Shown: positions 38,660 through 50,539 of the stretch, piece after piece
Layout of the letters: each line of letters starts with the position of its first letter
How positions within the stretch are numbered: the first letter of the stretch is position 1
From: Salpingoeca rosetta
Taxonomy: Eukaryota > Protista > Choanoflagellata
Reading direction: 5' to 3'
Assembly: GCA_033442325.1 (NCBI GenBank)
Contig: JAWQFM010000008.1
Location: 434,001 to 498,000 of the forward strand
DNA: 64,000 bases
Notes under the pieces: model-generated
Told to the model about the DNA's origin: nothing
The model's input: the letters and a program-made list of their open reading frames with translations, nothing else
The model's database searches: none
Made by a program: the position numbers and the translations under genes

Positions 38660-39325
38660 TTACTTGTTGGGCTGCGGGGTGAAGCGGAGGTAGCGCTTGC
38701 CCGAGGGCACGTCGCGGGCCTTGACGCCCTTGGGGAACATCTTGGCCTCGTCCTCGGGCTTGATAGAGGGCACAACCATGCAGTCGTCGCCGTCCTTCCA
38801 GTTGGCCGGGGTGGCCACCTTGTGGTCGACGGTGAGCTGGAGCGAGTCCAGGACGCGCAGGAGCTCGGGGATGTTACGGCCCGTGGACGCCGGGTAGAGG
38901 AGTGAGAGTTTGAGGCGCTTGTGCGGGCAGACGATGAAGACGGCGCGGGCGGTGAGCGGCATGCCATCCTTGTCCTTCTCGTCGGGGTCGAGCATGCCGA
39001 GCTTGACGGCGAGCTCGCGCTTGTCGTCGGCGATGATGGGGAAGGGCAGGGACGCGCCGCAGCTGGCGTAGTCGCACACGTCCTTCGACCAGGCCTTGTG
39101 GGAGTCGACGGGGTCGCAGGAGAGGCCAATGAGCTTGCAGTTGCGCTTGTCAAACTCGGGCTTCATCTTGGCCATGGCGCCCATCTCCGTGGTGCAGACC
39201 GGGGTGAAGTCTGCCGGGTGGGAGAAGAGGAGGCCCCAGCTGTCGCCGAGCCAGTCGTGGAACTTGATGGGGCCCTCCGTGGTGTCGGCCTCAAAGTCCG
39301 GGAACACGTCGCCGAGGTTTGGCAT
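38660..39325 (-). CDS. PRDX6: 1-Cys peroxiredoxin (Prx6 family), intronless
   Basis: FHDWLGDSWG, DFTPVCTTE, YPASTGRN, VATPANWK, LRFTPQP. Confidence 0.97.
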   Translation of the reverse strand: MPNLGDVFPDFEADTTEGPIKFHDWLGDSWGLLFSHPADFTPVCTTEMGAMAKMKPEFDKRNCKLIGLSCDPVDSHKAWSKDVCDYASCGASLPFPIIADDKRELAVKLGMLDPDEKDKDGMPLTARAVFIVCPHKRLKLSLLYPASTGRNIPELLRVLDSLQLTVDHKVATPANWKDGDDCMVVPSIKPEDEAKMFPKGVKARDVPSGKRYLRFTPQPNK

Positions 39326-40192
39326 CTTGCTGGGCTTTACGTAGTAGAGTGGCACGGTCGGTGGTGCAAAGCGAAGGAGGGTCTTTTAGAGGTGTGCGCG
39401 CCAGAACAGAAGGCGAGGTTCTCAGTCAGTCAAGCGTCGCGGTGGCGTTGATCTGTGGTGTGGGTCGAGGAAACAAAATAAATGAACATGAAGCAAGGGA
39501 GGGAGCGAGAGCAGCGGTAGTGAGCAGTGAGCAGTGAGCAGTGAGCGCAAAGCAAGCGAGTGAGCAAGCTCAAGCGAGGAAGCAAGCGAGTGAGCAAGCG
39601 AGTGAGCAAGCGAGAACGGATGAGATGGCACTGAAGCAACAACACTGATATTGCTTCGTTCTCGTGTGTGGTGTTTGCTGGTGGTGTTTGTTTGGGTGTG
39701 TACATACTGATTGCAGCTGTTGAGAATGGGAGCCCAGAACACATACAACGACGATAATGATGACACATGAACACACGCACAGTTCAGTTCTCAGTTCACA
39801 TCAATTCACACGCACGACCAGAACAGCCCCTACACCAACACCATCACCATCACATCATCCCATTCCATCACGAGAACGCACAAGCTGAAGCAAACACAAA
39901 CACAAGCAAGCAAGAAGCAAGAAGTGAAGCAAGCAAGAGTGGCACAGCCTTCAATCAGTGCAAGCCACGACCAACTTGCTTGAACAACACCATAAGCAGT
40001 AGATGAAGTCCTTCCAAACTAAAAGCGCATGGAATTATTTGTATGTATTTGGTATCTTGTATGGCTGGAAGCGAAAAAAGGTACCTTCAGGCAAACAAGA
40101 GGTGGATATATCAGAACATTGCACGGTTCGCACAAGTAGCATCACATGACATGAGAGTGCGCAGTTAGACGACACACCACCTCGCGGCACTG

Positions 40193-40224
40193 TCTTTTTC
40201 CCTCTTCACACGCCCGCGACGAAG
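40193..40224 (+). promoter_or_regulatory. Putative non-coding first exon of RPL10 starting with an oligopyrimidine (5'TOP-like) tract; 5'UTR intron 40225-40696
   Basis: TCTTTTTCCCTCTTC, then donor AAG|GTGAGA, and acceptor TGCAG 14 nt before the ATG. Confidence 0.55.
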
Positions 40225-40435
40225 GTGAGATGCGGAGAAGAAGAAGAAGACCACACGCGGTCTTATGGTTGGCTGTCGAGTGCATGCGCGTTTGTGTGCG
40301 TTTGTGTTGGTGTGTCGCTGTGCCACTGTGTCGCTGTGCCGCTGTGTCGCTGTGTCGCTGTGTCGCTGTGTCGCTGTGTCTGTATATGTACGTGAACAAC
40401 ACTGTGCTTTGTTCATGTGCGTGAGTGTACATTTG

Positions 40436-40604
40436 TGTCTCTTGCCGACTCGCTGCTGTGAGCGACCACGCCATCATCACGGCCATAGTGGTGGTAGTTG
40501 TGGCGAGATGACAATAGATGAAACACGCCAGCAACACAAGACAAACTTGGTGGCTATGCATGCAGCACCGAGTGGTTGTGCGTGCTCACTTGACGCCAAC
40601 ACAC
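40436..40604 (+). ncRNA. Candidate intronic H/ACA-like snoRNA
   Basis: Two hairpins separated by AGATGA (ANANNA box). An ACA is present but further from hairpin 2 than usual. The host is a ribosomal protein gene. Confidence 0.3.
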
Positions 40605-40710
40605 GTGAACACGAGAAGAAGCCTCCCTCTTACCACTCGTGTGTGTGTGTGTGTGTGTTTCCCTGTTGCGTGTGCGCCTTTTTCCCCTGTGTGCAGCACA
40701 ACCATCCAAG

Positions 40711-42038
40711 ATGGCCCGCCGTCCCGCTCGCTGCTACCGCTACTGCAAGAACAAGCCGTACCCTCGGTCTCGGTTTGTGCGCGCTGTGCCCGATGCCAAG
40801 ATTCGCATCTTCGATCTTGGCCGCAAGACAGCCCACGTCAACGACTTTCCCCTCTGCATCCACCTCGTCTCCAACGAGATTGAGCAGGTGCGCCGTCTTG
40901 TTTTGTGTGTCTGTGTGTGGAGTTCATGTCGTTGTGACGTGGACGGCGTGTGCAGCGCTCATGTCCATGTGTCGTGGGCGGCGTCCATGTGGATGAGGTG
41001 CCCTGTGAGCGCGTTCGTCGTGCGTGAGAGACAGCATTGGTGTGGTGGTTAAGTGCATAGCAGCACAAGCGCTCTGTGAGAAGTTGCCGCTCCCCTTTGA
41101 ACGGTTTTGCGTGGTTCGTCCAACCTTGGCTAGTTCCTACGTTAGCGGCCCGCTTTTCAACCCGACAAACCAAGCCACTCGCAGCAGCTGTCGCAGCCAG
41201 CCAAGTCGCTCACATATGTGTCTCCAACCCTCCCTCTCCCTCCCCCCCCCCCCCATTTCTTTTCCCTTTCCTTCTTTTTCAAATCACAGATCTCCAGCGA
41301 GGCTCTTGAGGCCGCCCGTATCTGCTGCAACAAGTATCTTGTGAAGTTCATTGGCAAGGAGAGCTTCCACATCCGTGTGCGTGCCCACCCCTTCCATGTC
41401 ATCCGTATCAACAAGATGCTTTCCTGCGCCGGTGCGGATCGGTACGTATTGTGATGCACGCGCACGCGCTGGCTGCAGACTGTGAGCGCACTTGTCAGCG
41501 TTTGCCCTCGCAGCCGTTCTTGTTTATGCTTGGGAGTTGAGGAGACGTTCACGCGTGTGTCGCACCCACTGAAACGTGAACACTGTGCTGTCCTTTTGTC
41601 CTTTGTTGTGCCTGTCCCCCACTTCCCAACCCCCAGTCGTCACAAACACGCACGCACGCACGCACACCTGCGCTTGCTCATCTTCATTCCCCCCCCCCCC
41701 CAACACACACACATCTGTGCAGTCTGCAGACCGGTATGCGTGGTGCCTTCGGTAAGCCCAACGGCAAGGTTGCCCGTGTGAAGATTGGCCAGCCCCTCAT
41801 GTCTGTGCGTACCCGCGACAACAACAAGGCCCACGTCATCGAGGCCCTGCGCCGTACCAAGATGAAGTTCCCCGGTCGTCAGCTCATCATCATCTCCCGC
41901 AAGTGGGGTTTCACCCGCTTCGACCGCGACGAGTACATCCGCCTGCGCGACGAGGGCAAGCTCATCCCCGATGGCTGCTACGTCAAGCTCCACGCCGAGA
42001 AGGGGCCCTTCCAGAACTGGATCAGGCACATGTCCTAA
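40711..42038 (+). CDS. RPL10: 60S ribosomal protein L10 (uL16). Exons 40711-40887, 41290-41441, 41723-42038
   Basis: [53 protein letters not shown]. Confidence 0.98.
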
Positions 42039-42900
42039 GCGCCACGCCCCTGTCCTTTGCGCCTTTTTGACAAAGAGCCATCGGTTTTGCGTGTGAATTT
42101 GCTGCTTGGTGATGTGACGTGGTAACGTCTGCGTTTGTGCTGGTCTTCCCCCGCTTGTTCTCAATTCTGTCCTCCTCATCCTCTTGCTTGGCCTCGCTTG
42201 TTGCACCCATCGTCGTGTGGGCGGAAGATGGGCCTTGCTTGGCATGACATGAGTACACTTGTCGCTGCTCTCTAAAAACCTTCCCAAATGAATACAGTGT
42301 CGGCGATACACCATAGCCAGCAGTTGTGAAAATGTGCGTGTTGCGGGGGGGGGGTTGGGAACCAAGTGGTTTGTGCTGTGTGACGGTGCCCTTGCAACAG
42401 TATCTACATTGGATGCGGTGCGACGGTGCGGTTGTATTGTCTCAATTGGGCACTTGAGTGTTGGGGGTCGATGTGTCAGCGTGACGGCTGAGGTTCGCTT
42501 GGTTTACTCGTTTGTGTTGTGTTGTGTTTATGTAACATTACACATATTCATGTGCTCGTGAGACGGCTGTGGCATTGCTGTGGGTCGATGCGAATGGATG
42601 GGAAGCAGCTATTTCATTACAGTGACGGCACACCCAAGTGCACAATCCTTGGCTTGGTTCGTTCAATCGGGGGTTCATTTCAATCAGTCAGTCAAGTCAC
42701 ATCATGTGGCATCAAGTAGCAAATTCCAAGCAAGCCTTCCCCTCTGCACCCTCAACAGTGCATGCACCACGTCTTCTCAAGGCTTCAGCCTCCGAATAGA
42801 ATAGTAAACAAACAAGCACAATGGCGCGATGGCGCGCTCATGCGCGCGTATATGCACACAAACACACACACACACACACAAACATACATCAAACGCGCAT

Positions 42901-42961
<61 letters not shown>

Positions 42962-42964
42962 GCT

Positions 42965-44527
42965 CTAGCCAAACATGCTGCGTGTCTTGTCAATGAGAAT
43001 GTGCTCCTTGTATGGGTCGGATTCATCTTCGCTGCTGGTGACACTGGCGCTATCCGCGTAGTGCTGCTGCTGCACTGCACTCAGAGAGGCGTGTGCTGGT
43101 CCATAACCGCTATGCCTACTGTCCCCAAGCTGCCCAAACAACAGTTGCTGTCGCATCTGCTGTTGCTGCTGCTGGGCCCGAGCAGTGGTGTCGTCGTCGT
43201 CGTCATCGCCGTCCACGCTGGTGATCATCATGTCGGAGGGACCGTCTTGCTGCTGTTGCAGCTGCCCTTGTCGTTGCGGCGCCTGCAGCGCAGCCTGGAT
43301 CACATGGTCGCGTGGCACATATGGCACCAGCGCAAACCGCTCGTCAGAACCGGCTGACATCCTGAAACGCGGAGAAGACGAAGAACAAGAAGAATGGAAG
43401 GAACAAGTTCGTGGCGCGGGTGAGGTTTGTGTGGGCCAACGGCAGCGCACTAGTGGCAGTGGTGGGGCAACCGGTGCGCGTGGGGGTGGTGCTGTCTGCA
43501 TGTGCGTGCATGGCGCGTGGTGATTGTACTGCTGGTGGTTGTGGTGGTGGTGGCAGTGGTGGTGGTGCTCTGGTGGAGCAACGTACATGTTGTACAGCAT
43601 GTGCTGTGGCACAAAGGGACGTGGCACCGCTGGCCCATACGAGGAAGTGTAGGTCGCAGGCAGGTGGCGCTGGGAACGCGTGTCATACCACCGCAAACAC
43701 GGCTGGCTCATCTGTCGCGGGCGAATGTCAATCTCCGTCACTTCTTCCCCGCCATCACCATTGCCGTCCCCGTTGTCTTCGGTGCCCGTGGCAGCAGCAG
43801 TCGCTGGCATCGCCATTGCTTCTGCAGAAGTGTCGCCATCACCCTCTTGCTGCATGCGCTGCCCCTGCAGCAGCTGGTGCGAGGAGGAGGAGGACGGGAA
43901 CGCGGGACGGGGGCTGCTGAGCGGGCTGCCAAATGCGAGGCCGTCCTCGCACTTTGCCCGCTTCATTGGCACCTCGTCTGCAAAGTCGTTGGCGTCATAC
44001 ATGGGCCGCGGGCTGAACCACCGCTTGGGTGAGGATGATGCCGCTTGCAAGTCACGCGTTGATGAGGGCGAAAAGGCAGCCGGAGACTGCACGGGGGACG
44101 GCAGCTGCGAAGCAAGGCCCGGTCGAATAAACTTGGGCCGCTTGGCTGGGAGCCCGCCCTCCTCCACTTCTGTCTGTGCAGCACCGTCGCGGTTACCTGC
44201 TACATCGCTAACGCGAGCGTGGACGCCCGGCAGCTGCCCTTGCCTCGTCTCGGTCATGCCCGAGAACCGAGGTGCTTGGTACGGCGCTTGTTGGTGTTGC
44301 TGCTGTTGTTGGTGGTGTTGCTGGTGGTGTTGCTGCTGTTGTTGGTGTTGCTGGTGTTGTTGGTGTTGCTGGTGGTGTTGGTGTTGGTGCTGTTGTGACG
44401 GCGGCGCCGCGGCGCTGGCCATGTACGGCCCAGGCTGATGGAGGCCAGCGTGTGGGTGGTGGTGGTGGTGGCGATAAGGAGAGACAGCAGGTGAGTGCGC
44501 AGAGGTGGTGGTGGAGACAAGCATCAT
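42965..44527 (-). CDS. Uncharacterised low-complexity Q/H/P/S-rich protein, apparently intronless
   Basis: About 520-aa open frame free of CA repeats, with basic NLS-like motifs (PAKRPK, PMKRAK) and many SP sites. Confidence 0.6.
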   Translation of the reverse strand: MMLVSTTTSAHSPAVSPYRHHHHHPHAGLHQPGPYMASAAAPPSQQHQHQHHQQHQQHQQHQQQQQHHQQHHQQQQQHQQAPYQAPRFSGMTETRQGQLPGVHARVSDVAGNRDGAAQTEVEEGGLPAKRPKFIRPGLASQLPSPVQSPAAFSPSSTRDLQAASSSPKRWFSPRPMYDANDFADEVPMKRAKCEDGLAFGSPLSSPRPAFPSSSSSHQLLQGQRMQQEGDGDTSAEAMAMPATAAATGTEDNGDGNGDGGEEVTEIDIRPRQMSQPCLRWYDTRSQRHLPATYTSSYGPAVPRPFVPQHMLYNMYVAPPEHHHHCHHHHNHQQYNHHAPCTHMQTAPPPRAPVAPPLPLVRCRWPTQTSPAPRTCSFHSSCSSSSPRFRMSAGSDERFALVPYVPRDHVIQAALQAPQRQGQLQQQQDGPSDMMITSVDGDDDDDDTTARAQQQQQQMRQQLLFGQLGDSRHSGYGPAHASLSAVQQQHYADSASVTSSEDESDPYKEHILIDKTRSMFG

Positions 44528-45561
44528 GGTGGTGGTGGTGGTGCTAGTGGTGGTTGTCGTCGTTGTCGCTGTGGATGCTGTTGCTTTTGAGGTGAAGCGG
44601 TGATCATGGAAAATAAGTGAAGCAGACGCGAGCGAGCGATGCGAGCGATGCAAGCAGGTGTGGCCCAAGGAAAACACGCACACACACACACACATCCAGC
44701 AACCTCCAGCAATCACAGCACAAAGCAAGCAAGAAGGAAGAAGCAAGCAAGCAAGCGATCACAACACACACGCACAGTCACCTTTTGTTGTGGTGAAAAG
44801 GCAACGTGGGTCGCTTCTTGCAACTGCTAGAACCTTGACGAAAGCGCGCTTCTTGCTGTTCTGGCTGGCAGTGGAAGGGGCCACTTGTTTCAGTACAGAC
44901 TGATTTCAGTCTTCAACGCCCTGACCGCAGCGACTACTCTTTTTGATGTCGTTTTGCCTCCATTCCTGCTGCTGCTCGATCCTCCTTCCTTCCTGCTGCT
45001 GTTTTGCTGGTGAGTGAGCTGGCACGATGTGTTGGTGGAGGATGCCGCATGTGTGCGTGTGGGTGCCTCCTGTGTGAGTGTGTGCCTGTTCCTATGTCTG
45101 TGTCCGATATGTGTGGGTGTGCATGTGTGTGTTCATGTGTGTGTGTGTTAGTGGTTCTTTGGGGATGGCTTGCTTGGGCTTTGTTTGTGATCGTTGTTGT
45201 TGTGACGAGCGCACAATGAGTGGGGCGTGGCTGCCAACACCTAGTGGACTGGACATGTCCTTCCTTCCTTCCTTCCTTCCCTGTGTTGTTTTGTTTGACA
45301 TGGGTGTTGTTTTGCTCTTGCTTCCTGAGCTGCTTTGGTGTTGTTATTCCTCTGCGCCATTGGCTTGGTGCCGCTTTTTGCTTGACCATTCCCCTTTCCG
45401 CGTTGCTCACGCGAGTCGCTGGTGTGACCGTTGGTTTTGGCTTGCTTGGTGTGACCCTCAGGATTTGGACAACAGGCAAGTGCAAAACCAATCGATCAAT
45501 CAACTTGCTTACTTGCTTGCTTGGTAACAAAGTGAGCCACAGCACCAGTTAGCGCACCACC

Positions 45562-46608
45562 ATGGCGGACACGAAGCGCGCCCAGCCGCACATCTCCTCG
45601 CGGGATCCCGACGAGCTGTTTGAGCTCATCAAGCAAATCGGAAGTGGCAGCTATGGCAGCGTGCATCAAGCGCGCATCAAGACAAACGGCCGCCTCGCAG
45701 CCGTCAAAATGATCAACATGGAAGATGGTGCGCACGAGTGTTTGCGAATGTGCTGGGGGTCTGGGGGGTCTTGGGGGGGGGGGGGGGGGGGGGTTTGCTG
45801 TTTACAAGCGCGGCGAAAAGGAGCAGGCTTGCGCCTACGGGCAGCATGTGCTCTACACTTTCGCGACCGCGCTTGGGCCAGATCACCCAAACCTTTTTTT
45901 GAATTTTAAAACCTGCGGCAATTTCGCGGTGCCGCTGTGACTAGGTACCCCACATCCGGGCAACACGTGTCAGACCCTCGTCTTCCTTTAGCATCACGTG
46001 CTTGCTCATCGGAAACTTCTTCTTCGGTTCATCTCTTCTGCTGTTGTGTACCATTCGTCTGCTCCACAACGCAACCTGCTCATGCGATTTCTCGGTGCAG
46101 TTGCATTCGCTGATGTTGACGCATGACTCCGGGCACTCTCGGGCATCTGACGATGGATAATAAGAAACAACACTGGCCGACACCCTCTCCGCGTCTGCTC
46201 TGTACCAACANNNNNNNNNNNNNNNNNNNNNNNNNNNNNNNNNNNNNNNNNNNNNNNNNNNNNNNNNNNNNNNNNNNNNNNNNNNNNNNNNNNNNNNNNN
46301 NNNNNNNNNNGGAGCAAAGACTTCCGCGATTTCCTCAAGTCTGCGCTGTCAAGAATCCGCCCAAACGCCCCTCGGCCGCCAGCCTGACCAAAGGTGCCGT
46401 GCAACCGATGCCCGTGTGGTCGTGTCTTTTCCCCTCCCGTTGCTCGTGCTGTTTGGGGGGGGGGCCGCCTGCGTGGTATTTGCATTGTGTTTGTTGCGTA
46501 TTGCAGTTCTTACCTCGTTTGATGTTGTTTTCCCGTTTGATCTTGCTTCATCTTGGCCTTGGCCTGTATCTGCACACTGCTCCGATGTTCAACCGCCATC
46601 TTGTCCGC

Positions 46609-46642
<34 letters not shown>

Positions 46643-47664
46643 CTGGTTGCTGTTTGCGTTTGCAGCACTCGTTCTTCAAGCAGATGCGGCACAACGCCAA
46701 CGCCCTCTCCGATCTGGTCAAGAGCGTCTCCTCACTCGGTCAGCTCACATGCACGCATACACATATACATTCACGCATGCACACATACGCATGCGCTTTG
46801 CCCGTTGCTTCGTGTATCCGTGCATGTGTTTGAATGTGTGCTCCACGAGACTGCGGTTGTGTGAAACATCCTGTTTTGAAACCATGCTCACGGTGCTTCC
46901 TTGCTACATGTCTTCAACACGTGTGCGTGCATGTGTGTGTGTGTGTGTAAACGTGTGTGTGTGTGTGTGTGTCTGTCTGTCTGTGCCATCAGGCGACAAG
47001 CACGCGCAGTCGCTCGTGCAGGAATACGAAATCGACGAAGGAAGCGAGTCCACTCTCAAACCCTCAAAGCAGCGGTGCGTGTGCACGTGTGCTCATTGTG
47101 TGCGATGTGCGCCGTGCGTGCCATGAACGTTCATGTGCCATGTGCATACGTGCTCTTGTGTGCTCCCCTTTGCTGTTATGCTCTTGCGTGTGATACAACA
47201 GCCAACCAAACTCCTCACGTCACCCTCTCCCTCTCCCTCCTGCCACGTGCAGCGTGTCTGCGATTGTGGACGACACGAGCGACTATGCGGAGCTCCCCAT
47301 GACCACGGTGGCCGTCGAAGACAACCCAAACGAATCAAAGGCAAAGTCAGTCAACATGTGTGTGTGCGCGTATGTTATTTGTTTGTGGCTGTGTGTGTGC
47401 GTGTGTGTGGCTGTGTGTGTGTGTGTGTGCGTGTGTGTTTGTATGTGTTTGTATGTGTGTGTGTTTGTGGCTGTGTGTGTATGTGTGTGTGTGTGTCTGC
47501 GTGTCTTTCCCTCCGATTTGTCCCTGCACTTGTGCCACCTCTCAACTCTCACCAGCTGTGTTTTGCTCCCGCTAACCCCCATCGCGACCTTTTCCTTCTG
47601 GCAGGACCGGCGACTGGCAGAAGTCTTCCAAGGACTACGTCCCCGTCAGTGAGTCGACGCAGCC

Positions 47665-47763
<99 letters not shown>

Positions 47764-47819
47764 CCATGCAAAAATGCTTTCGCTCAAGCATTCATGTGCT
47801 ACAACATCAAACAACCCCC

Positions 47820-47854
<35 letters not shown>

Positions 47855-50020
47855 CACGTCGCTGCCGTGATGTGCGCAAGGTCCAATCTACGCCAATCTG
47901 CCGCGCGGCAAGCCCGGCGTGCCACCGCGCTCTCCATCCAAGCCCTCCTCCCGACCCCCGCCGTCCAAGGTTGGTTGTGTTGGGCATGTTTGAGTCTCTG
48001 CTGTTTGGTTGGGTTTGACCTGGTCTGGTTGTCTGGCGTCTGCCCTGCTGTTGCGTCTGTCGACTCCTTGTGTGTACGTGGGCGGGTGTGAGTGTGAGAA
48101 AGCGTGCGCGTGTGCATACATTTGTCGCCTTTTGTGGTTGTCAGTGTTGTGCGGGGGAAACCCATTCCCCAAGTTTCTAACGTCTTCCCTGCCTTCCTCC
48201 TTCGCTTGATGTGTGTGTGTGTGTGTGTGTGTGCAGCAGCCGGCGCAGCCGCCGCGTAAGGAGACGGGCTCTTCCTTCGTTCTAAGCAACGTCTTTGCTG
48301 GCTGCCCACTCAGGGTACGTGGCTACACACCTGGGTGCACGTGCACTCCTCTCACGACCCATGCACTTCTTCCCTCGCAAATGCATTCGCTCATCACCCA
48401 CCTCAACCGCACACCAACACACACACACTCTTGCACTTGCACACACACATACACACATACTCTCTCTCACACACACACCCTTCTCACACACACTTGCACC
48501 TTAATGCAGGTGTTGTGTGCTGCGAGCTGGAAGCATCAGCCCAACGGGCAGGAGCCGCTCCTGTACATCATCGTCGGGGCAGAGACGGGCCTGTATGTGC
48601 TGGAGACGAGCGGTGACAAGCGCGAGCTCGTGCAGGTTTCGCGACGCCGCTGCACGTGGCTGTATGTCATGGACGAGGAGGGTATCATGATCTCCGTCTC
48701 TGACGTCGATGGCCGCGGGCAGGTGTGCGTGCATGATCTCAACTCACTGCTCGTCGGACCCGATGAGGACATCCGATTCAAGACAACCCGCCTCCTCGAC
48801 GGTGCGCGCATTGCATTGTGTTGTTGGTGTGTGTGTGCGTGTGTGTGTGCGTGTGTGTGTGCGTGTGTGTGTGTGTGTTTTGTTTTGTGAGTGTTGTGTT
48901 GTGTGTGTGTGCGGCGATTTGCTCGCTTGTTTTGCCCGCTACGCACCATGCCACTGCCACTTCCTTTTGCCTTCCTCATGCTTCCCCCAAAAGAAAACGC
49001 CCGCCCGACGCAAACACTTACTCATACACACATCTCTTCGTTTGCCTGTCTCTTCCGCACTGCAGGCGCCTCTGGTGCGCGCTGTGCCGTCACCCGCACC
49101 CCCGACACGGGCTTCACCTTCCTCTGCGTCACCGTTCCCCGCCAGCATGCGCTTTGCCCGTTGCTTCGTGTATCCGTGCATGTGTTTGAATGTGTGCTCC
49201 ACGAGACTGCGGTTGTGTGAAACATCCTGTTTTGAAACCATGCTCACGGTGCTTCCTTGCTACATGTCTTCAACACGTGTGCGTGCATGTGTGTGTGTGT
49301 GTGTAAACGTGTGTGTGTGTGTGTGTGTCTGTCTGTCTGTGCCATCAGGCGACAAGCACGCGCAGTCGCTCGTGCAGGAATACGAAATCGACGAAGGAAG
49401 CGAGTCCACTCTCAAACCCTCAAAGCAGCGGTGCGTGTGCACGTGTGCTCATTGTGTGCGATGTGCGCCGTGCGTGCCATGAACGTTCATGTGCCATGTG
49501 CATACGTGCTCTTGTGTGCTCCCCTTTGCTGTTATGCTCTTGCGTGTGATACAACAGCCAACCAAACTCCTCACGTCACCCTCTCCCTCTCCCTCCTGCC
49601 ACGTGCAGCGTGTCTGCGATTGTGGACGACACGAGCGACTATGCGGAGCTCCCCATGACCACGGTGGCCGTCGAAGACAACCCAAACGAATCAAAGGCAA
49701 AGTCAGTCAACATGTGTGTGTGCGCGTATGTTATTTGTTTGTGGCTGTGTGTGTGCGTGTGTGTGGCTGTGTGTGTGTGTGTGTGCGTGTGTGTTTGTAT
49801 GTGTTTGTATGTGTGTGTGTTTGTGGCTGTGTGTGTATGTGTGTGTGTGTGTCTGCGTGTCTTTCCCTCCGATTTGTCCCTGCACTTGTGCCACCTCTCA
49901 ACTCTCACCAGCTGTGTTTTGCTCCCGCTAACCCCCATCGCGACCTTTTCCTTCTGGCAGGACCGGCGACTGGGAGAAGTCTTCCAAGGACTACGTCCCC
50001 GTCAGTGAGTCGACGCAGCC

Positions 50021-50109
<89 letters not shown>

Positions 50110-50539
50110 CGTCTTTGCGAGCAAGCCCCGGCAATTTGTTCTCTTTCCTCACTGCAATGCTGTTATCACATGATGCTGTTGCTGTGCAGGTTGCCGTGTA
50201 CACCCCCGATGCTGTGATTGCTTTTAGCCGTCATCGCATGGAGCGTCGCTCTGTCCACACGGGCAAGATCACCCATCAGGTCTGCACATGCGAACTGTGA
50301 CTGCTATTGTAGTACACACGCCCGCACACACATGTTCACGCACATGCACACGTACATGCTCATCCTCACAAACATCCATGAGCTCACTCCTTCTCCTGTT
50401 CCTGATGTGTGTTTTCCGCCACCAGATGAAAGACGCACGAGAGACGTTCCGGGTTGTCGGTAAGGAAGGCAACATCATCATTGAAGCGCAGACAGAGGGC
50501 GAGGACACATCCCACCTCTACCTCCTCATTCGCAAGTAG
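45562..50539 (+). CDS. STE20/GCK-family MAP4K-like kinase with C-terminal CNH domain; incomplete or misassembled
   Basis: [25 protein letters not shown]...AAVKMI; KNPPKRPSA; CNH segments [36 protein letters not shown]. Confidence 0.85.
46211..46310. other. Assembly gap (100 N, probably of unknown size) hiding most kinase exons
   Basis: N run; kinase subdomains III-X are absent from the visible sequence. Confidence 0.95.
46789..50107. repeat. Direct duplication of about 970 bp (46789-47760 and 49145-50107, offset 2356)
   Basis: Identical ORFs at 46901/49257; one visible SNP (GACTGGCAG vs GACTGGGAG). Confidence 0.93.

Noticed and set aside
47335-47352. Possible GC-AG intron donor in the MAP4K gene
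   Set aside because: A canonical GTCAGT donor 5 nt downstream gives a compatible phase.
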